DNA of 64,000 nucleotides from Eledone cirrhosa (Eukaryota), in contig OZ024745.1 of NCBI GenBank assembly GCA_964016885.1, forward strand, positions 10,850,001 to 10,914,000, read 5' to 3'. Made by a program: the position numbers and the translations under genes. The notes below the pieces were generated by a model. It ran no database searches. It saw only the letters and a program-made list of their open reading frames with translations, and had not been told where the DNA came from. Below, piece by piece: positions 38,001-53,392 of the stretch (position 1 is its first letter; every line of letters begins with the position of its first letter).

Positions 38001-41000
38001 GAATGAAAGAGAAGTAGGTCTATATAACCATCAACTCTGGGACAGGTAGACCATAGAATTAGAGAGAAGTAGGTCTATATAACCATCAACTCTGGGACAG
38101 GTAGACTATAGAATTAGAGAGAAGTAGGTCTATATAACCATCAACTCTGGGACAGGTAGACTATAGAATTAGAGAGAAGTAAGTCTATATAACCATCAAC
38201 TCTGGGACAGGTAGACCATAGAATTAGAGAGAAGTAGGTCTATATAACCATCAACACTGGGACAGGTAGACTATAGAATTAGAGAGAAGTAAGTCTATAT
38301 TACCATCAACACTGGGACAGGTAGACTATAGAATTAGGGAGAAGTAGGTCTATATAACCATTAAATCTGGGACAGGTAGACTATAGAATTAGAGAGAAGT
38401 AGGTCTATATAACCATCAACTCTGGGACAGGTAGACCATAGAATTAGAGAGAAGTAAGTCTATATAACCATCAACTCTGGGACAGGTAGACTATAGAATT
38501 AGAGAGAAGTAAGTCTATATAACCATCAACTCTGGGACAGGTAGACTATAGAATTAGAGAGAAGTAGGTCTATATAACCATCAACTCTGGGACAGGTAGA
38601 CTATAGAATTAGAGAGAAGTAAGTCTATATACCCATTAATCTGGGACAGGTAGACTATAGAATTAGAGAGAAGTAGGTCTATATAACCATCAACACTGGG
38701 ACAGGTAGACTATAGAATTAGAGAGAAGTAAGTCTATATAACCATCAACACTGGGACAGGTAGACTATAGAATTAGAGAGAAGTAGGTCTATATAAGCAT
38801 CAACTCTGGGACAGGTAGACTATAGAATTAGAGAGAAGTAAGTCTATATAACCATCAACACTGGGACAGGTAGACTATAGAATTAGAGAGAAGTAAGTCT
38901 ATATAACCATCAACACTGGGACAGGTAGACTATAGAATTAGAGAGAAGTAAGTCTATATAACCATCAACTCTGGGACAGATAGACTATAGAATGAAAGAG
39001 AAGTAGGTCTATATAACCATCAACTCTGGGACAGGTAGACCATAGAATTAGACAGAAGTAGGTCTATATAACCATCAACTCTGGGACAGGTAGACTATAG
39101 AATTAGAGAGAAGTAGGTCTATATAACCATCAACTCTGGGACAGGTAGACTATAGAATTAGAGAGAAGTAAGTCTATATAACCATCAACTCTGGGACAGG
39201 TAGACCATAGAATTAGAGAGAAGTAGGTCTAAATAACCATCAACACTGGGACAGGTAGACTATAGAATTAGAGAGAAGTAAGTCTATATTACCATCAACA
39301 CTGGGACAGGTAGACTATAGAATTAGGGAGAAGTAGGTCTATATAACCATTAAATCTGGGACAGGTAGACTATAGAATTAGAGAGAAGTAGGTCTATATA
39401 ACCATCAACTCTGGGACAGGTAGACCATAGAATTAGAGAGAAGTAAGTCTATATAACCATCAACTCTGGGACAGGTAGACTATAGAATTAGAGAGAAGTA
39501 AGTCTATATAACCATCAACTCTGGGACAGGTAGACTATAGAATTAGAGAGAAGTAGGTCTATATAACCATCAACTCTGGGACAGGTAGACTATAGAATTA
39601 GAGAGAAGTAAGTCTATATACCCATTAATCTGGGACAGGTAGACTATAGAATTAGAGAGAAGTAGGTCTATATAACCATCAACACTGGGACAGGTAGACT
39701 ATAGAATTAGAGAGAAGTAAGTCTATATAACCATCAACACTGGGACAGGTAGACTATAGAATTAGAGAGAAGTAGGTCTATATAAGCATCAACTCTGGGA
39801 CAGGTAGACTATAGAATTAGAGAGAAGTAAGTCTATATAACCATCAACACTGGGACAGGTAGACTATAGAATTAGAGAGAAGTAAGTCTATATAACCATC
39901 AACACTGGGACAGGTAGACTATAGAATTAGAGAGAAGTAAGTCTATATAACCATCAACACTGGGACAGGTAGACTATAGAATTAGAGAGAAGTAAGTCTA
40001 TATAACCATCAACACTGGGACATGTAGACTATAGAATTAGAGAGAAGTAGGTCTATATAACCATCAACACTGGGACAGGTAGACCATAGAATTAGAGAGG
40101 TGTAGGTCTATATAACCATCAACTCTGGGACAGGTAGACTATAGAATTAGAGAGAAGTATGTCTATATAACCATCAACTCTGGGACAGGTAGACTATAGA
40201 ATTAGAGGGAAGTAGGTCTATATAACCATCAACTCTGGGACAGGTAGACTATAGAATTAGAGAGAAGTAAGTCTATATAACCATCAACTCTGGGACAGGT
40301 AGACCAGAGAATTAGAGAGAAGTAGGTCTATATAACCATCAACTCTGGGACAGGTAGACTATAGAATTAGAGAGAAGTAAGTCTATATAACCATCAACTC
40401 TGGGACAGGTAGACTATAGAATTAGAGGGAAGTAGGTCTATATAACCATCAACTCTGGGACAGGTAGACTATAGAATTAGAGAGAAGTAGGTCTATATAA
40501 CCATCAACTCTGGGACAGGTAGACTATAGAATTAGAGAGAAGTAAGTCTATATAACCATCAACTCTGGGACAGGTAGACTATAGAATTAGAGAGAAGTAG
40601 GTCTATATAACCATCAACTCTGGGACAGGTAGACTATAGAATTAGAGAGAAGTAAGTCTATATAACCATCAACTCTGGGACAGGTACACTATAGGATTAG
40701 AGAGAAGTAAGTCTATATAACCATCAACTCTGGGACAGGTAGACTATAGAATTAGAGGGAAGTAGGTCTATATAACCATCAACTCTGGGACAGGTAGACT
40801 ATAGAATTAGAGAGAAGTAGGTCTATATAACCATCAACTCTGGGACAGGTAGACTATAGAATTAGAGAGAAGTAAGTCTATATAACCATCAACTCTGGGA
40901 CAGGTAGACCAGAGAATTAGAGAGAAGTAGGTCTATATAACCATCAACTCTGGGACAGGTAGACTATAGAATTAGAGAGAAGTAAGTCTATATAACCATC

Positions 41001-44000
41001 AACTCTGGGACAGGTAGACTATAGAATTAGAGAGAAGTAGGTCTATATAACCATTAAATCTGGGACAGGTAGACTATAGAATTAGAGAGAAGTATGTCTA
41101 TATAACCATCAACTCTGGGACAGGTAGACTATATAATTAGTGAGAAGTAGGTCTATATAACCATCAACTCTGGGACAGGTAGACTATAGAATTAGAGAGA
41201 AGTAAGTCTATATAACCATCAACTCTGGGACAGGTAGACTATAGAATTAGAGAGAAGTAGGTCTATATAACCATTAACTCTGGGACAGGTAGACTATAGA
41301 ATTAGAGAGAAGTAGGTCTATATAACCATCAACTCTGGGACAGGTAGACTATAGAATTAGAGAGAAGTAGGTCTATATAACCATCAACTCTGGGACAGGT
41401 AGATCAGAGAATTAGAGAGAAGTAGGTCTATATAACCATCAACTCTGGGACAGGTAGACTATAGAATTAGAGAGAAGTAAGTCTATATAACCATCAACTC
41501 TGGGACAGGTAGACTATAGAATTAGAGGGAAGTAGGTCTATATAACCATCAACTCTGGGACAGGTAGACTATAGAATTAGAGAGAAGTAGGTCTATATAA
41601 CCATCAACTCTGGGACAGGTAGACTATAGAATTAGAGAGAAGTAAGTCTATATAACCATCAACTCTGGGACAGGTAGACTATAGAATTAGAGAGAAGTAG
41701 GTCTATATAACCATCAACTCTGGGACAGGTAGACTATAGAATTAGAGAGAAGTAAGTCTATATAACCATCAACTCTGGGACAGGTGGACTATAGAATTAG
41801 AGAGAAGTTGGTCTATATAACCATCAACTCTGGGACAGGTAGACTATAGAATTAGAGAGAAGTAAGTCTATATAACCATCAACTCTGGGACAGGTAGACC
41901 AGAGAATTAGAGAGAAGTAGGTCTATATAACCATCAACTCTGGGACAGGTAGACTATAGAATTAGAGAGAAGTAAGTCTATATAACCATCAACTCTGGGA
42001 CAGGTAGACTATAGAATTAGAGAGAAGTAGGTCTATATAACCATTAAATCTGGGACAGGTAGACTATAGAATTAGAGAGAAGTATGTCTATATAACCATC
42101 AACTCTGGGACAGGTAGACTATATAATTAGAGAGAAGTAGGTCTATATAACCATCAACACTGGGACAGGTAGACTATAGAATTAGAGAGAAGTAAGTCTA
42201 TATTACCATCAACACTGGGACAGGTAGACTATAGAATTAGGGAGAAGTAGGTCTATATAACCATTAAATCTGGGACAGGTAGACTATAGAATTAGAGAGA
42301 AGTAGGTCTATATAACCATCAACTCTGGGACAGGTAGACCATAGAATTAGAGAGAAGTAAGTCTATATAACCATCAACTCTGGGACAGGTAGACTATAGA
42401 ATTAGAGAGAAGTAAGTCTATATAACCATCAACTCTGGGACAGGTAGACTATAGAATTAGAGAGAAGTAGGTCTATATAACCATCAACTCTGGGACAGGT
42501 AGACTATAGAATTAGAGAGAAGTAAGTCTATATACCCATTAATCTGGGACAGGTAGACTATAGAATTAGAGAGAAGTAGGTCTATATAACCATCAACACT
42601 GGGACAGGTAGACTATAGAATTAGAGAGAAGTAAGTCTATATAACCATCAACACTGGGACAGGTAGACTATAGAATTAGAGAGAAGTAGGTCTATATAAG
42701 CATCAACTCTGGGACAGGTAGACTATAGAATTAGAGAGAAGTAAGTCTATATAACCATCAACACTGGGACAGGTAGACTATAGAATTAGAGAGAAGTAAG
42801 TCTATATAACCATCAACACTGGGACAGGTAGACTATAGAATTAGAGAGAAGTAAGTCTATATAACCATCAACTCTGGGACAGATAGACTATAGAATGAAA
42901 GAGAAGTAGGTCTATATAACCATCAACTCTGGGACAGGTAGACCATAGAATTAGACAGAAGTAGGTCTATATAACCATCAACTCTGGGACAGGTAGACTA
43001 TAGAATTAGAGAGAAGTAGGTCTATATAACCATCAACTCTGGGACAGGTAGACTATAGAATTAGAGAGAAGTAAGTCTATATAACCATCAACTCTGGGAC
43101 AGGTAGACCATAGAATTAGAGAGAAGTAGGTCTAAATAACCATCAACACTGGGACAGGTAGACTATAGAATTAGAGAGAAGTAAGTCTATATTACCATCA
43201 ACACTGGGACAGGTAGACTATAGAATTAGGGAGAAGTAGGTCTATATAACCATTAAATCTGGGACAGGTAGACTATAGAATTAGAGAGAAGTAGGTCTAT
43301 ATAACCATCAACTCTGGGACAGGTAGACCATAGAATTAGAGAGAAGTAAGTCTATATAACCATCAACTCTGGGACAGGTAGACTATAGAATTAGAGAGAA
43401 GTAAGTCTATATAACCATCAACTCTGGGACAGGTAGACTATAGAATTAGAGAGAAGTAGGTCTATATAACCATCAACTCTGGGACAGGTAGACTATAGAA
43501 TTAGAGAGAAGTAAGTCTATATACCCATTAATCTGGGACAGGTAGACTATAGAATTAGAGAGAAGTAGGTCTATATAACCATCAACACTGGGACAGGTAG
43601 ACTATAGAATTAGAGAGAAGTAAGTCTATATAACCATCAACACTGGGACAGGTAGACTATAGAATTAGAGAGAAGTAGGTCTATATAAGCATCAACTCTG
43701 GGACAGGTAGACTATAGAATTAGAGAGAAGTAAGTCTATATAACCATCAACACTGGGACAGGTAGACTATAGAATTAGAGAGAAGTAAGTCTATATAACC
43801 ATCAACACTGGGACAGGTAGACTATAGAATTAGAGAGAAGTAAGTCTATATAACCATCAACACTGGGACAGGTAGACTATAGAATTAGAGAGAAGTAAGT
43901 CTATATAACCATCAACACTGGGACATGTAGACTATAGAATTAGAGAGAAGTAGGTCTATATAACCATCAACACTGGGACAGGTAGACCATAGAATTAGAG

Positions 44001-47000
44001 AGGTGTAGGTCTATATAACCATCAACTCTGGGACAGGTAGACTATAGAATTAGAGAGAAGTATGTCTATATAACCATCAACTCTGGGACAGGTAGACTAT
44101 AGAATTAGAGGGAAGTAGGTCTATATAACCATCAACTCTGGGAAAGGTAGACTATAGAATTAGAGAGAAGTAAGTCTATATAACCATCAACTCTGGGACA
44201 GGTAGACCAGAGAATTAGAGAGAAGTAGGTCTATATAACCATCAACTCTGGGACAGGTAGACTATAGAATTAGAGAGAAGTAAGTCTATATAACCATCAA
44301 CTCTGGGACAGGTAGACTATAGAATTAGAGGGAAGTAGGTCTATATAACCATCAACTCTGGGACAGGTAGACTATAGAATTAGAGAGAAGTAGGTCTATA
44401 TAACCATCAACTCTGGGACAGGTAGACTATAGAATTAGAGAGAAGTAAGTCTATATAACCATCAACTCTGGGACAGGTAGACTATAGAATTAGAGAGAAG
44501 TAGGTCTATATAACCATCAACTCTGGGACAGGTAGACTATAGAATTAGAGAGAAGTAAGTCTATATAACCATCAACTCTGGGACAGGTACACTATAGGAT
44601 TAGAGAGAAGTAAGTCTATATAACCATCAACTCTGGGACAGGTAGACTATAGAATTAGAGGGAAGTAGGTCTATATAACCATCAACTCTGGGACAGGTAG
44701 ACTATAGAATTAGAGAGAAGTAGGTCTATATAACCATCAACTCTGGGACAGGTAGACTATAGAATTAGAGAGAAGTAAGTCTATATAACCATCAACTCTG
44801 GGACAGGTAGACCAGAGAATTAGAGAGAAGTAGGTCTATATAACCATCAACTCTGGGACAGGTAGACTATAGAATTAGAGAGAAGTAAGTCTATATAACC
44901 ATCAACTCTGGGACAGGTAGACTATAGAATTAGAGAGAAGTAGGTCTATATAACCATTAAATCTGGGACAGGTAGACTATAGAATTAGAGAGAAGTATGT
45001 CTATATAACCATCAACTCTGGGACAGGTAGACTATATAATTAGTGAGAAGTAGGTCTATATAACCATCAACTCTGGGACAGGTAGACTATAGAATTAGAG
45101 AGAAGTAAGTCTATATAACCATCAACTCTGGGACAGGTAGACTATAGAATTAGAGAGAAGTAGGTCTATATAACCATTAACTCTGGGACAGGTAGACTAT
45201 AGAATTAGAGAGAAGTAGGTCTATATAACCATCAACTCTGGGACAGGTAGACTATAGAATTAGAGAGAAGTAGGTCTATATAACCATCAACTCTGGGACA
45301 GGTAGATCAGAGAATTAGAGAGAAGTAGGTCTATATAACCATCAACTCTGGGACAGGTAGACTATAGAATTAGAGAGAAGTAAGTCTATATAACCATCAA
45401 CTCTGGGACAGGTAGACTATAGAATTAGAGGGAAGTAGGTCTATATAACCATCAACTCTGGGACAGGTAGACTATAGAATTAGAGAGAAGTAGGTCTATA
45501 TAACCATCAACTCTGGGACAGGTAGACTATAGAATTAGAGAGAAGTAAGTCTATATAACCATCAACTCTGGGACAGGTAGACTATAGAATTAGAGAGAAG
45601 TAGGTCTATATAACCATCAACTCTGGGACAGGTAGACTATAGAATTAGAGAGAAGTAAGTCTATATAACCATCAACTCTGGGACAGGTGGACTATAGAAT
45701 TAGAGAGAAGTTGGTCTATATAACCATTAAATCTGGCACAAGTAGACTATAGAATTAGAGAGAAGTAGGTCTTTATAACCATCAACTCTGGGACAGGTAG
45801 ACCATAGAATTAGAGAGAAGTAGGTCTATATAACCATCAACTCTGGGACAGGTAGACTATAGAATTAGAGAGAAGTAAGTCTATATAACCATCAACTCTG
45901 GGACAGGTAGACTATAGAATTAGAGAGAAGTAGGTCTATATAACCATCAACTCTGGGACAGGTAGACTATAGAATTAGAGAGAAGTAGGTCTATATAACC
46001 ATTAAATCTGGGACAGGTAGACTATAGAATTAGAGAGAAGTAGGTCTATATAACCATCAACTCTGGGACAGGTAGACTATAGAATAAGAGAGAAGTAAGT
46101 CTATATAACCATCAACTCTGGGACAGGTAGACCATAGAATTAGAGAGAAGTAGGTCTATATAACCATCAACTGTGGGACAGGTAGACTATACAATTAGAG
46201 AGATGTAGGTCTATATAACCATCAACTCTGGGACAGTTAGACTATAGAATTAGAGAGAAGTAGGTCTATATAACCATCAACTCTGGGACAGGTAGACCAT
46301 AGAATTAGAGAGAAGTAGGTCTATATAACCATCAACTCTGGGACAGGTCGACTATAGAATTAGAGAGAAGTATGTCTATATAACCATCAACTCTGGGACA
46401 GGTAGACTATAGAATTAGAGAGAAGTAGGTCTATATAACCATCAACTCTGGGACAGGTAGACTATAGAATTAGAGAGAAGTAAGTCTATATAACCATCAA
46501 CTCTGGGACAGGTAGACTATAGAATTAGAGAGAAGTAAGTCTATATAACCATCAACTCTGGGACAGGTAGACTATAGAATTAGAGAGAAGTAGGTGTAAT
46601 TAATCATTAACTCTGGGACAGATAGACTATAGAATTAGAGAGAAGTAAGTCTAAATAACCATCAACTCTGAGACAGGTAGACTATAGAATTAGAGAGAAG
46701 TAAGTCTATATAACCATCAACTCTGGGACAGGTAGACTATAGAATTAGAGAGAAGTTGGTCTATATAACCATTAAATCTGGCACAAGTAGACTATAGAAT
46801 TAGAGAGAAGTAGGTCTTTATAACCATCAACTCTGGGACAGGTAGACCATAGAATTAGAGAGAAGTAGGTCTATATAACCATCAACTCTGGGACAGGTAG
46901 ACTATAGAATTAGAGAGAAGTAAGTCTATATAACCATCAACTCTGGGACAGGTAGACTATAGAATTAGAGAGAAGTAGGTCTATATAACCATCAACTCTG

Positions 47001-50000
47001 GGACAGGTAGACTATAGAATTAGAGAGAAGTAGGTCTATATAACCATTAAATCTGGGACAGGTAGACTATAGAATTAGAGAGAAGTAGGTCTATATAACC
47101 ATCAACTCTGGGACAGGTAGACTATAGAATAAGAGAGAAGTAAGTCTATATAACCATCAACTCTGGGACAGGTAGACCATAGAATTAGAGAGAAGTAGGT
47201 CTATATAACCATCAACTCTGGGACAGGTAGACTATAGAATTAGAGAGAAGTAGGTCTATATAACCATCAACTCTGGGACAGTTAGACTATAGAATTAGAG
47301 AGAAGTAGGTCTATATAACCATCAACTCTGGGACAGGTAGACCATAGAATTAGAGAGAAGTAGGTCTATATATCCATCAACTCTGGGACAGGTAGACTAT
47401 AGAATTAGAGAGAAGTATGTCTATATAACCATAAACTCTGGGACAGGTAGACTATAGAATTAGAGAGAAGTAGGTCTATATAACCATCAACTCTGGGACA
47501 GGTAGACTATAGAATTAGAGAGAAGTAAGTCTATATAACCATCAACTCTGGGACAGGTAGACTATAGGATTAGAGAGAAGTAAGTCTATATAACCATCAA
47601 CTCTGGGACAGGTAGACTATAGAATTAGAGAGAAGTAGGTGTAATTAATCATTAACTCTGGGACAGGTAGACTATAGAATTAGAGAGAAGTAAGTTTATA
47701 TATCAATCAACTCTGGGACAGGTAGACTATAGAATTAGAGAGAATTAAGTCTATATAACCATCAACTCTGGGAGAGGTAGACTATAGAATTAGAGAGAAG
47801 TAAGTCTATATAACCATCAACTCTGGGACAGGTAGACCAGAGAATTAGAGAGAAGTAGGTCTATATAACCATCAACTCTGGGACAGGTAGACTATAGAAT
47901 TAGAGAGAAGTAAGTCTATATAACCATCAACTCTGGGACAGGTAGACTATAGAATTAGAGGGAAGTAGGTCTATATAACCATCAACTCTGGGACAGGTAG
48001 ACTATAGAATTAGAGAGAAGTAGGTCTATATAACCATCAACTCTGGGACAGGTAGACTATAGAATTAGAGAGAAGTAAGTCTATATAACCATCAACTCTG
48101 GGACAGGTAGACTATAGAATTAGAGAGAAGTAGGTCTATATAACCATCAACTCTGGGACAGGTAGACTATAGAATTAGAGAGAAGTAAGTCTATATAACT
48201 ATCAACTCTGGGACAGGTAGACTATAGGATTAGAGAGAAGTAAGTCTATATAACCATCAACTCTGGGACAGGTAGACTATAGAATTAGAGAGAAGTAGGT
48301 CTATATAACCATTAAATCTGGGACAGGTAGACTATAGAATTAGAGAGAAGTAAGTCTATATAACCATCAACTCTGGGACAGGTAGACTATAGAATTAGAG
48401 AGAAGTAGGTCTATATAACCATCAACTCTGGGACAGGTAGACTATAGAATTAGAGAGAAGTAAGTCTATATAACCATCAACTCTGGGACAGGTAGACCAG
48501 AGAATTAGAGAGAAGTAGGTCTATATAACCATCAACTCTGGGACAGGTAGACTATAGAATTAGAGAGAAGTAAGTCTATATAACCATCAACTCTGGGACA
48601 GGTAGACTATAGAATTAGAGGGAAGTAGGTCTATATAACCATCAACTCTGGGACAGGTAGACTATAGAATTAGAGAGAAGTAGGTCTATATAACCATCAA
48701 CTCTGGGACAGGTAGACTATAGAATTAGAGAGAAGTAAGTCTATATAACCATCAACTCTGGGACAGGTAGACTATAGAATTAGAGAGAAGTAGGTCTATA
48801 TAACCATCAACTCTGGGACAGGTAGACTATAGAATTAGAGAGAAGTAAGTCTATATAACCATCAACTCTGGGACAGGTAGACTATAGGATTAGAGAGAAG
48901 TAAGTCTATATAACCATCAACTCTGGGACAGGTAGACTATAGAATTAGAGAGAAGTAGGTCTATATAACCATTAAATCTGGGACAGGTAGACTATAGAAT
49001 TAGAGAGAAGTAAGTCTATATAACCATCAACTCTGGGACAGGTAGACTATAGAATTAGAGAGAAGTTGGTCTATATAACCATTAAATCTGGCACAAGTAG
49101 ACTATAGAATTAGAGAGAAGTAGGTCTTTATAACCATCAACTCTGGGACAGGTAGACCATAGAATTAGAGAGAAGTAAGTCTATATAACCATCAACTCTG
49201 GGACAGGTAGACTATAGAATTAGAGAGAAGTAAGTCTATATAACCATCAACTCTGGGACAGGTAGACTATAAAATTAGAGAGAAGTAGGTCTATATAACC
49301 ATCAACTCTGGGACAGGTAGACTATAGAATTAGAGAGAAGTAGGTCTATATAACCATTAAATCTGGGACAGGTAGACTATAGAATTAGAGAGAAGTAGGT
49401 CTATATAACCATCAACTCTGGGACAGATAGACTATAGAATTAAAGAGAAGTAGGTCTATATAACCATCAACACTGGGACACGTAGACTATAGAATTAGAG
49501 AGAAGTAAGTCTAAATAACCATCAACTCTGAGACAGGTAGACTATAGAATTAGAGAGAAGTAAGTCTATATAACCATCAACTCTGGGACAGGTAGACTAT
49601 AGAATGAAAGAGAAGTAGGTCTATATAACCATCAACTCTGGGACAGGTAGACCATAGAATTAGAGAGAAGTAGGTCTATATAACCATCAACTCTGGGACA
49701 GGTAGACTATAGAATTAGAGAGAAGTAAGTCTATATAACCATCAACTCTGGGACAGGTAGACTATAGAATTAGAGAGAAGTAAGTCTATATAACCATCAA
49801 CTCTGGGACAGGTAGACTATAGAATTAGAGAGAAGTAAGTCTATATAACCATCAACTCTGGGACAGGTAGACTATAGAATTAGAGAGAAGTAGGTCTATA
49901 TAACCATCAACTCTGGGACAGGTAGACTATAGAATTAGAGAGAAGTAGGTCTATATAACCATCAAATCTGGGACAGGTAGACTATAGAATTAGAGAGAAG

Positions 50001-53000
50001 TAGGTCTATATAACCATCAACACTGGGACAGGTAGACTATAGAATTAGAGAAAAGTAGGTCTCTATAACCATTAAATCTGGGACAGGTAGACTATAGAAT
50101 TAGAGAGAAGTAAGTCTATATAACCATCAACACTGGGACAGGTAGACTATAGAATTAGAGAGAAGTAAGTCTATATAACCATCAACACTGGGATAGGTAG
50201 ACTATAGAATTAGAGAGAAGTAGGTCTATATAACCATCAACACTGGGACAGGTAGACTATAGAATTAGAGAGAAGTAAGTCTATATTACCATCAACACTG
50301 GGACAGGTAGACTATAGAATTAGAGAGAAGTAAGTCTATATAACCATCAACACTGGGACAGGTAGACTATAGAATTAGAGAGAAGTAAGTCTATATAACC
50401 ATCAACACTGGGACAGGTAGACTATAGAATTAGAGAGAAGTAGGTCTATATAACCATCAACACTGGGACAGGTAGACCATAGAATTAGAGAGGTGTAGGT
50501 CTATATAACCATCAACTCTGGGACAGGTAGACTATAGAATTAGCGAGAAGTAGGTCTATATAACCATTAAGTCTGGGACAGGTAGACTATAGAATTAGAG
50601 ACAAGTAAGTCTATATAACCATCAACTCTGTGACAGGTAGACTATAGAATTAGAGAGAAGTAAGTCTATATAACTATCAACTCTGGGACAGGTAGATTAT
50701 AGAATTAGAGAGAAGTAGGTCTATATAACCATTAAATCTGGGACAGGTAGACTATAGAATTAGGGAGAAGTAGGTCTATATAACCATTAAATCTGGGACA
50801 GGTAGACTATAGAATTAGAGAGAAGTAGGTCTATATAACCATCAACTCTGGGACAGGTAGACCATAAAATTAGAGAGAAGTAAGTCTATATAACCATCAA
50901 CTCTGGGACAGGTAGACTATAGAATTAGAGAGAAGTAAGTCTATATAACCATCAACTCTGGGACAGGTAGACTATAGAATTAGAGAGAAGTAGGTCTATA
51001 TAACCATCAACTCTGGGACAGGTAGACTATAGAATTAGAGAGAAGTAAGTCTATATACCCATTAATCTGGGACAGGTAGACTATAGAATTAGAGAGAAGT
51101 AGGTCTATATAACCATCAACACTGGGACAGGTAGACTATAGAATTAGAGAGAAGTAAGTCTATATAACCATCAACACTGGGACAGGTAGACTATAGAATT
51201 AGAGAGAAGTAGGTCTATATAACCATCAACTCTGGGACAGGTAGACTATAGAATTAGAGAGAAGTAAGTCTATATAACCATCAACACTGGGACAGGTAGA
51301 CTATAGAATTAGAGAGAAGTAAGTCTATATAACCATCAACACTGGGACAGGTAGACTATAGAATTAGAGAGAAGTAGGTCTATATAACCATCAACACTGG
51401 GACAGGTAGACTATAGAATTAGAGAGAAGTAAGTCTATATAACCATCAACACTGGGACAGGTAGACTATAGAATTAGAGAGAAGTAAGTCTATATAACCA
51501 TCAACACTGGGACATGTAGACTATAGAATTAGAGAGAAGTAGGTCTATATAACCATCAACACTGGGACAGGTAGACCATAGAATTAGAGAGGTGTAGGTC
51601 TATATAACCATCAACTCTGGGACAGGTAGACTATAGAATTAGCGAGAAGTAGGTCTATATAACCATTAACTCTGGGACAGGTAGACTATAGAATTAGAGA
51701 CAAGTAAGTCTATATAACCATCAACTCTGGGACAGGTAGACTATAGAATTAGAGAGAAGTAGGTCTATATAACCATCAACTCTGGGACAGGTAGACTATA
51801 GAATTAGAGAGAAGTAGGTCTATATAACCATCAACACTGGGACAGGTAGACTATAGAATTAGAGAGAAGTAAGTCTATATAACCATCAACCCTGGGACAG
51901 GTAGACTATAGTATTAGAGAGAAGTAAGTCTATATAACCATCAACTCTGGGACAGGTAGACTATAGAATTAGAGAGAAGTAAGCCTATATAACCATCAAC
52001 TCTGGGACAGGTAGACTATAGAATTAGAGAGAAGTAAGTCTATATAACCATCAACTCTGGGACAGGTAGACTATAGAATTAGAGAGAAGTAAGTCTATAT
52101 AACCATCAACACTGGGACAGGTAGACTATAGAATTAGAGAGAAGTAAGTCTAAATAACCATCAACTCTGGGACAGGTAGACTATAGAATTAAAGAGAAGT
52201 AGGTCGATATAAACATCAACTCTGGGACAAGTAGACTATAGAATTAGAGAGAAGTAAGTCTATATTACCATCAACTCTGGGACAGGTAGACTATAGAATT
52301 AGAGAGAAGTAAGTCTATATAACCATCAACACTGGGACAGGTAGACTATAGAATTAGAGAGAAGTAAGTCTATATAACCATCAACTCTGGGACAGGTAGA
52401 CTATAGAATTAGCGAGAAGTAGGTCTATATAACCATCAACACTGGGACAGGTAGACTATAGAATTAGAGAGAAGTAAGTCTATATAACCATCAACTCTGG
52501 GACAGGTAGACTATAGAATTAGCGAGAAGTAGGTCTATATAACCATCAACTCTGGGACAGGTAGACCATAGAATTAGAGAGAAGTAAGTCTATATAACCA
52601 TCAACTCTGGGACAGGTAGACTATAGAAATAGAGAGAAGTAAGTCTATATAACCATTAACTCTGGGACAGGTAGACTATAGAATTAGAGAGAAGTAGGTA
52701 TATATAACCATCAACTCTGGGACAGGTAGACTATAGAATTAGCGAGAAGTAAGTCTATATAACCATCAACTCTGGGACAGGTAGACTATAGAATTAGAGA
52801 GAAGTAGGTCTATATAACCATCAACTCTGGGACAGGTAGACTATAGAATTAGAGAGAAGTAGGTCTATATAACCATCAACTCTGGGACAGGTAGACTATA
52901 GAATTAGCGAGAAGTAAGTCTATATAACCATCAACACTGGGACAGGTAGACTATAGAATTAGAGAGAAGTAGGTCTATATAACCATCAACTCTGGGACAG

Positions 53001-53392
53001 GTAGACTATAGAATTAAAGAGAAGTAGGTCGATATAAACATCAACTCTGGGACAAGTAGACTATAGAATTAGAGAGAAGTAAGTCTATATTACCATCAAC
53101 ACTGGGACAGGTAGACTATAGAATTAGAGAGAAGTAGGTCTATATAACCATTAACTCTGAGACAGGTAGACTATAGAATTAGAGAGAAGTAGGTCTATAT
53201 AACCATCAACTCTGGGACAGGTAGACTATAGAATTAGAGAGAAGTAAGTCTATATAACCATCAACTCTGGGACAGGTAGACTATAGAATTAGAGAGAAGT
53301 AAGTCTATATAACCATCAACTCTGGGACAGGTAGACTATAGAATTAGAGAGAAGTAAGTCTATATAACCATCAACTCTGGGACAGGTAGACC
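17006..53392. repeat. 55-bp tandem repeat (satellite), ~660 units, ~36.4 kb
   Basis: Consensus CTATAGAATTAGAGAGAAGTA(G/A)GTCTATATAACCATCAACTCTGGGACAGGTAGA, head-to-tail and in one orientation, with few variants per unit and no inserted elements seen. Confidence 0.99.

Noticed and set aside
17006-53392. CRISPR array interpretation of the 55-bp or 43-bp repeats
   Set aside because: Units are contiguous with no unique spacers, there are no cas genes, and the context is eukaryotic.
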